Origin: Antedon mediterranea
Taxonomy: Eukaryota > Animalia > Echinodermata
Assembly: GCF_964355755.1 (NCBI RefSeq)
Contig: NC_092670.1
Location: 34,584,388-34,648,387, forward strand
Length of the DNA stretch: 64,000 nucleotides
Direction: 5' to 3'
The notes beneath the pieces were generated by a model that was not told the DNA's origin, ran no database searches, and saw only the letters and a program-made list of their open reading frames with translations. This document shows, piece by piece, positions 1 through 31,861 of the stretch. The position numbers and the translations under genes were made by a program. How positions within the stretch are numbered: position 1 is the stretch's first letter; every line of letters begins with the position of its first letter.

Positions 1-284
1 TCGTTTAAAAACCATTTAGTCGACCATTTAGCCTGCCCCCTCCAGGACTAAAAAAATCGATCAAAATCCGTCTCGATTTAGTCGAGGTTGGCCTGAATTA
101 GTCGGCGATTTAGTTGAAGTTCGGTTTATGAATTAAAATGACGTCATTTTTTTAGTTTTAGCTCGAACTACGACTAAAGTCCGGTTTAAGAATACGGGCG
201 ATAGAATAAATAAGCAAAGGTTTAATGCACTGCTTGACTATAGTTCTCGTAGTAGTTTGACACTTGCTGCAGGATTTGCTGGAA

Positions 285-530
285 AGGGACTTACAACTTG
301 AGGTCCAGTGTACACATCTGGCTTGTGAGCACCCAAACCCAGTTCATCGTTCGGAAGAGAAGGTTCACTGGTCCATATCAGCCTCTATTGTTGTGGACAG
401 ACGAATGAGCGCCGTTTAATAGGAGCAGTATGACACGAAGAGACCCTTAAGGTAGAAGAAAGTTGTTTCTTCTTCCTCTGCGCAATTCAACCCAGTAGGC
501 TGCAAGTCGCAGGTTATTCCTCCACATTTA
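285..530 (+). mobile_element. Deu/Nin-domain SINE copy (tail type A), partial
   Basis: Shares GAGGTCCAGTGTACACATCT and GCGCAATT..CCCAGTAGGCTGCAAGTCGCAGGTTATTCC with the copy at 39793-40150. Confidence 0.7.
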
Positions 531-651
531 TAACACTTTGGGCTGGGGCATAATAACTTAACAACAACCCATTTTGTATTATTCACTTAATGTATGACAT
601 TTCAGAACAACAAAATTAGACTAATTTAGATTGGAATCAGCAAGCATATAC

Positions 652-22326
<21,675 letters not shown>

Positions 22327-22378
22327 TTTAAAATTTGAAGTTTTTATTTCCCAATATCTTTTGATCAATTTAAGCTAG

Positions 22379-22400
22379 GCCTGGGACTACATTTCCGGAG
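22379..22400. promoter_or_regulatory. ZNF143/Staf/Ronin-like ACTACAnnTCC motif just upstream of the NKAIN start codon
   Basis: GGGACTACATTTCCGG about 60 nt upstream of the ATG at 22326, in a locally CpG-richer segment. It resembles the ACTACAnnTCCC promoter motif with one mismatch. Confidence 0.4.
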
Positions 22401-23098
22401 CCAGTATTTGTGTCTTGGCAGCTGATATCCTGGCGGCGTTTGATTGAGATATCCGTACCGTCGATAAACGGCGATGGTACGAAAAAAATGACAACATCCA
22501 TCAAAATATTGGTGGCGGTATTTATGCTCCTGACAAAAAAAAGAACCTGTTAAATCAGATTCGTAACAATTCTAAATTCAAATGCGGTACGGTCAACACA
22601 GAAAATATAAAAACATATATATATATATATTGAGAGAGAAAAAAAAGAGAAAAACATGAATAACTAAACTACAACTACACTACTATGTAGTTCACTTACA
22701 ATAAATCGATCATTGAAAGTGTAGTACTTGAAAGAAGACCGTATCTGCTGCGGAACGTAAACTTTCTTACAAAATTCAAATAATTTGTACGATTTCTGAG
22801 AAATATATAAACAAAATTCGCAGTAGGCCTACTTACTTACATTACTGCAGTTTTTACTAATTGTTATCATCTGATCTAGGCGGCCTACTGTACTTTGTAA
22901 ATCTTTCGGACGGTTTTCCTAATCTTTCGTCAATTAATTACTGATCTTATCTTATCATCTATATTACTCTTTCCTCTTCTTGATAATAATATATAAATCG
23001 TTTTACTTTTATACATAATGCATATACTATATTTGTATTTATATTAATATAATAACACGCCTAAATATTGTAATTGTATTTTTGCGTTAAGGAGTTGA

Positions 23099-23441
23099 GT
23101 AATTAGATGTTTTGCCCTACTCTGACGTAATTTGTATTTATACTAAGTACATTTGAGAATACTTGCGAAAATTCGCAAGTATTTCTCGGGTGGGACTCGA
23201 ACCCACGACCTCCAGATCACTAGCCTGTTGGTGCAGTACCCGCTGCTTACTTGGACTCGAATCTAACCACTAGCCATCACCACAAGCTCGGTGGTCTAGA
23301 GGTATGAACGCCAGGCTAGTGATCTGGAGGTCGTGGGTTCGAGTCCCACCAAAGAACTACTTGCGAATTTTTTCGCAAGTATTCTCAAATGTGCTTAGTA
23401 TAAAGTACAAATTACGTCAGTAGGGCAAAACATCTAATTAC
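23099..23441. mobile_element. Palindromic element built from two opposed tRNA-like heads
   Basis: Arms of about 130 bp (23099-23228 and 23312-23441) are near-perfect reverse complements; each contains CAGGCTAGTGATCTGGAGGTCGTGGGTTCGAGTCCCACC (anticodon arm and T arm/B box). Confidence 0.8.
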
Positions 23442-25707
23442 GTCTAAATATTGTTTATAATTATAGATTTGTTAAGTGTAAGTTTTAAGTTTATTGTTTC
23501 ACCAGGGAAGAGTTAACTGGTTTCACACAATACAATATACAATATAATACAGAACATAAATTAATAAAATATAATTGTGTGAGGAGAACGCATTAAGCAT
23601 GAAGCTTTAAGTTTAGTCCTCCAGATAAATAAATATATATTTAATTATTTAATTTAGTGAGAGCAAGAACACTTCTTTCTTTCGTTAAGATCATAGACTA
23701 TTGACTCTAGAAGTTACATCTAACTTTTGAGTAGTGACGACTCGGCCAATTCTTGTTTGTTTTATTATTGTTTGTTGGTCAAATAAATAAATGAAATTAA
23801 TGAATTGGTGTATAATTAAAATAGGTTGGTGTAGCCTTAATTAAATACAGGCTGGCATATCTCTTATATCTCTCAGAATTATCGTTTTTCAACAACCTCT
23901 TCAAAATCTATAAAATCATTTTTTCACGCTGCTGCTCTAGCCAGCTACGTCACATGAGGACTACTTATTCATAAGCTAAAGCAAGCAGCAGTTTTAGTAT
24001 CTAAGGCCGACAGTTTTGCGACTTTGTAAACTCGACTATAATTTATAGATCCCAGCTGCTGGACCAAAAAAAACGTCTGGGAAAAGAGAGTCTATAAGGG
24101 CTCACGCCCTTTGATTGGTTGACGCGAATCAACAGACTGGGAAGAATTTTCGTGAAGTCACGTTGTCTCTAGAAGGTATTCAGTTGCATGCCAACAGGTT
24201 GTAGTCACACACAGCACATTAAAGTTCAAAATTGATTGATTGATTTTTAAATGTGAATTAAAGAACTATCTTTGATATGTATGTATTTTTGCAATTAAAG
24301 GAGATCTTTTTCAATAATTAATTTTAAAATGTCAAGCAGCGTTTTTTGTAAGAAATATTTCTTGTTTATAATGGGGATCCGAAAATGTATAGTTGTCAAA
24401 TTTAGGAATCACTTTACCTATTACATTTGTTCGTCAGCAGTCCCATACAAACAAAATTGCAAAAAAAATCAAAACCAGGGAAATAAAAAATAAAATGTAA
24501 ATAAATAAATGTACCATTGGTGTTTCCGCAGCAATGTGTTTTTCATTCGATTTTTGTCCACTTGTTTTATTTTATGTCTAATGTATTACATAATTAATAC
24601 ACCACGAAAAACACCCAAAATTGGACATTTTATACTTTCGTTATGTGTTTGCGCCGCACATTAATTCACACAGCACAATTGTTCTTTAACGTCTTTTATT
24701 TTCGTAAGTAATAAGTCTGAACAGTCTAAAGTTCCATATCCTCTATTGCTTTAATTTTTTCCGATATCTATTTTAAAGTAAAGGGATAGTGTATAACAAA
24801 TAAATGGCAGTAGTTCCGAATTTTATTCTTGACACAATTTGTTTTTATTTTAATAATTTGTCAAAGTATTTTTATTAGAGTGCGCTTTTATTATAAATGC
24901 CCATGCAAAGTATATAACCACATATTAAGGCAGAAAAAGACCGTGCGGAGCACGTGTTACTGCTAGTAAAAATAAATTGTGTACGTACGGTGATGATTAT
25001 ACAGCATTGTGTATACATTCAATTCAACCATCAACGTGTGTTGCTAGCTGTGCTTCCGCTTTCTTCATGCGCACTTCCTTACGCGCGCGCTTGTGCCAAG
25101 GTAACGATGTTCCCAAGAGGAACTGCATGACAACTAAACAAAACAAAACTTGGATGAATTTTCAAGAGTGAACACGGAATCTACATAGCTCAGTAAGTTT
25201 CTACTTATTGTTTATTATTATGCTACAATATAATGTATACTTAATTTAAATTTTAAATACTTCAATCCGTTTAGATATGAATCAGTTTAAAGCTTATAAC
25301 AACTGAGACTCCTACTACTAAATAAAGAATCAAAACCCCATCTGACTTTTTAGTCACACTTAGGAACACGTTTTGCTTCTCCCGGTATATTCGATTCAAG
25401 AATCAAGAATCAACTGGGGTTTATATTGTTTAAAACATGTTTCTGTTTTGTATTTTAGATTGAATAATTTCTGTTAGAATTTTTTTCTATTTAAACCTTC
25501 TAGAGGTAAGCAATATTTTAAATAATATTCATTATTTATAGGGCATTTATTTGTATATGGCGCAGAGATTGTATTAACAAAGATTACACTGGTTTATTCA
25601 TAATAGAGAATTAGTTAATAGGGCATCTTGCATTTGTATATGGGGCAGCGTCCGAAGTAACACGAACCATCTACTGACATTCCCATGTGTCCTTTTTTGT
25701 TTCAGAT

Positions 25708-27463
25708 ATGCCTGGAAGGTCGTGGAGAAACCCCTTTAAAACTTGGAAACCCCAAAAATGCTTTAAGAACAGGTATGTTACATACAGTCAATTATTTTTT
25801 CAACAGAGAAAAAAATAAAATGAATCGTATGACGAAGTATACTGATTAATCCGATGATTAAAAAAATACCCCAAAATACAATAAAGATATTTTTTCTTTA
25901 ATTTTCAGCCGGTCAGCCATTACAGGCTTTTTCAGGAAATATGTCATGTGTTGTTTCTACAATGTCAACGATGATGACAATGATCAAACATCAATTCAGG
26001 CCTGGTTAGGCGTTCCACCTGCCTTGAGAATTGCAATTATCCAAATCATATATGGAATTGCTATTCTCACACTGCCCCAAACATCGGCCATCGGATACGA
26101 TAACCAAGAATTGCCATTTGGCATTGACAATGGTATAATAAGTGGATATGCAAGAGATCTCCTTATTCTGGATGGACGCGTCTTTGGACGTAGACACAGC
26201 GAACCTGACTCAATGGTAGCTCTTAACTGGATAAGAAAATGGTGCCTCCTGGACGTTATCAATAATATACCGGCAATTGGATACACACCTGATGGAAGTG
26301 ACAGTAACATCCACACAACCAATGAATATTGGTCAAGTCTGTCTAGCCCACTGACCTCATCACCAAGATGTAGCAATCATCTGAGCGACGAATCATTGTT
26401 CAGTAACACTTGGAACAAACAAGACTTCAAGACTTCTCCACCTTCAGAACACTGGATAAAACGCATGTCACTTGAAATCCGGATAATGGATGGAAACCTT
26501 AAAAACCATGTTCAATGTTTGGCATCTGATCGTCTGTTTCCAGCAACGAATAATAGTCACCAGGTAGGTTGAATTGAATTTAAAAGGTCGACACTCCAAT
26601 TAAAGCTGTTGACAGATAATCTTCAAAAGTTTTTATAACAGAAAACAACTTTTTACTTTATAGATAGTACTTGCACTGGTTCCTATGGCAAAGTTTTGCT
26701 TAATCGCTTTGGAGATTGTAATGGCAAACTTGTGGCTGTTAAGGCTATCATCACAACAACCAATAAGTCCAGAAAATTCAATCGGTTCGCCGACAAGCTG
26801 GCAGTTTCCCTTGAAGCTAGAATAATGAAGGTGCTATCCCAAAAAATCGACGTGTTTCCACGGGTGTATGGTGTTTGTGAAGCAGTTACCTCCGACACAC
26901 AATGGGCCATTGTTATGGAATTTGTTGGCGACTCAACATCATTCAAATCAACATCATTGCTGAAAGCTTTAGCAAGTGGTTCACCACATATTACCACGAT
27001 TGATTGTTTTCGCATTATTCTGGACATCGCAGAAGGAGTCGAGGTACTTCAGATGAATGGCTTGATTCACAATGACCTGGCGACCCGGAATATTCTTCTT
27101 TACAACAAGGGTTGTCATATCTCTGCAAAAATTGTCGACTTTGGCTCAGTTTGCACCGCAGAAGCACCGTTTGATGTCTTCCAATTGAACAATACCGACA
27201 AAGCCGATGTCTTCGACCTCATGCAAGATCACCCGGAAAATGCACCAGAGCTGTATAACATCAACACACCACCGACCTTTGCATCCGACATCTACAGTTT
27301 TGGTGTCATAATTGAAGGCATTGCCGCTAACAAAGTATTAATGCCGCTAATGGATATAAGTGGACCCTGCCTTCATTCCAGACCAGACAAAAGACCAGCC
27401 ATCGAAGACTTAATTGATCACATTGAATTCGAATTTTTTAATTTCAAGAAGAATCAAAATTAG
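25708..27463 (+). CDS. Atypical (non-RD) protein kinase, tyrosine-kinase-like catalytic loop, with an uncharacterised N-terminal region (about 513 aa)
   Basis: Coding exons 25708-25772 (MPGRSWRNPF...), 25909-26563 and 26642-27463 join in phase through GT-AG introns; the acceptor at 26641 is the nearby AG that preserves frame with the CAG|GTAGGT donor. Kinase motifs: TGSYGKV, VAVK, LEARIM (alphaC Glu), IVMEF, HNDLATRNILL, KIVDFG, APE, SDIYSFG, RP. Probable 5' UTR exons: one ending at 25192 (CA|GTAAGT) and 25459-25505. AATAAA at 27513. Confidence 0.85.
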
Positions 27464-29031
27464 TATTGCTTTAAAGCTTATGCTGTTTCAAATAATGTAT
27501 AATTGATCAACAAATAAATATGAGTATCTATTTTAACTGAAGGAAGTGTTAGGTATTAATTATCATATCGGCAAAATCTTGATACACAGCGTGACATTAT
27601 GTAGACCTATCACATGTGACGAATTTACCATCAAAACGCCGTGGCCATTGATATCAATGCTTAGTACGTTCTCGAGTTCGAATCCACGACAGGTTGAATT
27701 GAATATAACCGTTTAAAGCTTAATTTAAATTACAAAACTAGCAAAAAAGATACGAAATCTCACACAAAAAAATTGCAAAATATAAAAAAAAACATTAAAT
27801 AAAAAAAATGTGAATGAACAGAAAAATAATATTAATATTCACACAGCACTAAGTCCCGTTGCTTTCATTTTGTAGCTTACAGATATTTCAACAAAGTAAC
27901 AAAAATCAATGGCCGTAAATAGTTCCGAATTATATTCTTGACAATTTGTTTGCTGTTTTTTTTTTAATAATAGGCCTATAAACATTCTACAAAGAGGCTT
28001 AGAAACGTTTGCATTTTTAATTGAAAGGGGATGGAAATTGAAGACGGAGATTTTCAAGACTTGTAATCAGACAATGTCATGGCGTGAACTTATTATATTC
28101 AAGCAGCAAGACTCTGGAATTCTATTCCCGTCTGATGAGTTTGTGCAAAAGAACTAAACAAGAAATATTTTGTTAAAAACAGTTTTATTATTGTTCTTTC
28201 TTCATTAAATTATGCTTTTATTAATATATATTCTATTTAATAATTTAGGAAATACTGATTTATTAAAGATGTAGGCCTATTGTCCCCCTGAAAACATTTT
28301 TTTTTTAAATATTTTTGTTGAACAATCAGCAGTAGTAACGTAAATATAGTCCTAAAACTCCTAAACTAAATTAATATTAATGTATATTTTGGCCACTATT
28401 TTACCCCAACATCTAGTAAACACCCAGCCACCGACGTACAAACGTAGGCGGCCAACTCACTAATCAAACAATTCTTCATCTATACACACCATTCGTCAAA
28501 AATATTTACCATATCATTGACAATGATAAATTGACAGCTAAAACAAAAAATTGTTCATTGAACAGGTCTTACATCTCCCAGACGTCCGTTGGGGTTTGCG
28601 CATGCCCGGTCCGAGTTTCCAGACACAATACAAATTTTTCAGCCGTAGAAAACACAATGCTTCCGTCCCCTGTACGAGGTGCGAAAAATGTGTTGCTATT
28701 CATTTTTTAATTTCCATGTCCAGTTTATTTTTGTTTTTGTATATACAGTACTTTTTAAATATCTATTTAAAAAGCCCATATGGTTTCCTCTTTTTTTTTT
28801 AATTAATAAATATTATAAATAAATATAAATGAATGACAACAAACACTATATATATATAGCTTTATACTTTAAATGGTTGTTCTTTATTTCGTATAATAAA
28901 CATTGACATTCAAATGTATGATTTATTGAAAGTATTGGATAGTCAAGCTAGCTACAGTATATTACATCACATAACATTAGGCCTACGACAAAGAGAATAA
29001 GCCTGGAAGCTAGCTAATATCCCAATGAAAA

Positions 29032-29201
29032 AAGCTGGGTTCCCACAAGAGACTCAACACAAAGAGCAACGCAAGCGACTGACCAATGACAAAGCAACAG
29101 TTTGGATAATCATTATCCATTACATTTGATTGGTCAAATTACTCTCGTTACGCTTACGTAACTATGTTCTCACATTGCGTTGCGTCCTAGTTGGAACCAA
29201 G
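29032..29201. mobile_element. PIF/Harbinger-like MITE, degenerate
   Basis: GCTGGGTTCCCACAAG...CTAGTTGGAACCAAG; homologous to 3453-3631. Confidence 0.75.
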
Positions 29202-30166
29202 AAAAAATTAAATTGGGGACTATATACTACAGGGCATTCCCGAAAGGTAGGATGGGATGGAGTAATATCTAGTCAGTATTGGAAAACATAGTTGGATCGG
29301 AAGACACTTCCACTAAATAATTAAAATCAACCATACAATAATATAAACGCATATTAAATGCCAGCAGCAAGAATACAAAAGAATATTATAAAATTAAAAT
29401 GTATCAAAAAATAGCACCATTTTTATATTGCATTGATAGTAACCTTGTCTTATTTTCTTGTGTTATTTTTTTTTCTACGTCTAAAGTTCCTAATCTAGTG
29501 GTTAAAAATAACACACTTCTCACAATTTCTTGTGTTTTCTAATCTAAGCTCTAAAAAATACTACTTTTAAACACTTTTTCTATAAAACAATTACAAATCT
29601 GCACATTTAAAATTATTCAGCCATTTCGAGAAAGACATAATAAAATATATAGTTACAGTAGATAACAAATTTCTTTTTTTTTCCTGGAAAAAAAAAGAAA
29701 TTTGTCATTAATTATTAAAATTATTTCATGAAAATCTTAATACAGGAATTCATGTAACACTATACAATTCAACAGTTTTAACTAATAAAAAAATAAAATA
29801 TGTTTTATTCATGATATTTATGATAATTAAAAATAGATATGTCATTATTGTTATTAAGGTAGGCCTACTGTAATTTAGGAAAAGGTCCATCTTTTTTTAA
29901 TAAGTTCATTGGGGTATAACCCAACCCTGGGGTAATGTTCCCATCCTATGTTACAAGTCCATCGTAGTAGAGCCTAACCTTATAAGCCTATACCTGTATT
30001 TAAGCCCACCCTCAATTAAAAGCCCACTCTAGGATATAAGTCCACATTTAGGAATGTTCCTACAAAAACACAAATACTCCTACACTCATTTTTTGGTCCA
30101 ATCCAAACTCAAAGATATATTGAATGCAAAGGAATAATATTGACATATATGCTTTAGAAAAACCTA

Positions 30167-30488
30167 TTAAAGATGTATTGTCCCTTAAAAACATGAAAAA
30201 TTAAGATGAATAAAATCAGACTTTGAATAGGCTATTTTGTAGTTTTAACAAAGTTACTCACTTCCGTAGAAAAAAACCCTGAAAAAATAATGTTTTCACT
30301 TATAAAATGACAAATAAACTTAAATTCAACCAAAACCCCATCGGCTGGCAGCCAATTTGACTATTTTTTGTTTTAATTTTTGTTTAGATCCAATTTTTGG
30401 TCAAAATGAATAACTATTGTGTGACATTAAAAGGGCATATTCAACAAATATAAAAAAATTATTTTTCAGGTGGACAATATATCTTTAA
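30167..30488. mobile_element. Kolobok-like MITE (reverse orientation)
   Basis: TTAAAGATGTATTGTCCC...GGACAATATATCTTTAA; the interior is the reverse complement of 12985-13329. Confidence 0.85.
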
Positions 30489-30511
30489 GCATATACTGTA
30501 TCTAACACTGT

Positions 30512-30731
30512 TGTCCCCTTAATAGGTGTGTCTCCCTGAATAGGTGTGTCTCCCTGAATAGGTGTGTCTCCCTTAATAGGTGTGTCCCCTTAATAGGTGT
30601 GTCTCCCTGAATAGGTGTGTCCCCTTAATAGGTGTGTCCCCCTTAATAGGTGTGTCCCCCTTAATAGGTGTGTCTCCCTTAATAGGTGTGTCTCCCTTAA
30701 TAGGTGTGTCCTAAATCAGAGGTTCTACTGT
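30512..30731. repeat. About 18-bp minisatellite (TTAATAGGTGTGTCTCCC) ending in a Tc1/mariner-type MITE right end
   Basis: About 11 copies of GTCCCCTTAATAGGTGT variants, followed by GAGGTTCTACTG. Confidence 0.9.
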
Positions 30732-31861
30732 CAATGTTATTAACTAAAACATCACATTAGATTGTAAAAATAAATTATAAATAAACATTATACATACTTA
30801 TTTATTTAGCACCATAAAATATAGAAATGTATTAATAACATATAAGGAGTACTTTTATCAAATTAAATTTAAAGACCTTTTATAAAACATAGAAATATAT
30901 AGAAATCTGTCTATTGTCCAATATTGGCAAATTTGCAGCACCATCAGATACAGTATACAATTATATATATTTTCATGCAAATTACACAAAAATATACTCA
31001 TGTTATAATTTAAGCAGTTATGCATTTAAAACTTAAGATTAAAATTACTATTATTTTAAACTGGTTGGTAATATCAAAATAATGCTAATACCCGATTCAC
31101 ACATACAACACAAATGTAACAAATTGTTACATGGATAATCCCCCAGGATAATCTTACAAATACCCTTTTCACATCTGCATAAATTGTTACAACTTTGATC
31201 TCCCGATTTATTACGCATACACAAACCGAGAAATCTCGGAAGGAAAGCGTAGTTGCATGCTGCTTGATTACTATGATTGGCCAGTTTAATACCAGGAAAA
31301 CACACGTGTGCGCAGTAAGAACTCGGAACATCACGGAACAAAAACAGACCTCTCATCAGTGTTTTTTTCACAGAGGACCCATGTGAAATTTTGGGAGATT
31401 TTCCACAAAATTGTATTCACACTATGCAAACCAGGTGTGAAAAGGGTATAAGTTACAATGCTTTCACACGCTAGTTTTGTTTGCAGTATAAAGTAACATA
31501 AACGTAAAAAAACTATATACGCACATATGCGCATATACTGCTGTTGTATTACATATGAGGTCTGTCAAAGATTTTACACGGAAACGTTTTACATGTTTGT
31601 ACAAATGTAACAATATGTTACATTTTTGTGTGAATTGGATACTGGATATTGAAATTAATTAATTAATTAAAATTGATTAATTAAAAACGGTCATTAAAGG
31701 AACCAGTGAAATTACACAAACTAACAGTAGTGTGGAGAAGGGTGTTCAATGAAAATTCTTCTTCTCTTTGAGTTATATCTCGCTCTTCAAGGAGAAAGGC
31801 TATTGTCGTTTTATCCAGGTAAGCTACGCACGAAATAAACAGACAAAAATAAAAATTAATC

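Noticed and set aside
23285-23355. Functional tRNA-Thr(AGT) gene
   Set aside because: Anticodon and T arms are present, but the acceptor stem does not pair convincingly and the sequence is part of a palindromic repeat.
26664-26668. AG acceptors at 26663 and 26667 for the kinase exon
   Set aside because: Out of phase with the strong CAG|GTAGGT donor; the acceptor at 26641 restores frame. A weaker donor at 26567 paired with the acceptor at 26663 remains possible.
25996-27027. Antisense ORFs over the kinase exons
   Set aside because: Shadow ORFs of GC-richer coding sequence with no motifs.
28125-28170. CTGATGAG as a hammerhead ribozyme core
   Set aside because: No correctly placed stem II followed directly by GAAA, and no supporting stems I/III.
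24073-28584. 10-bp inverted match ACGTCTGGGA / TCCCAGACGT as TIRs of a kinase-carrying transposon
   Set aside because: The match does not extend and no TSD is evident; it may be chance.
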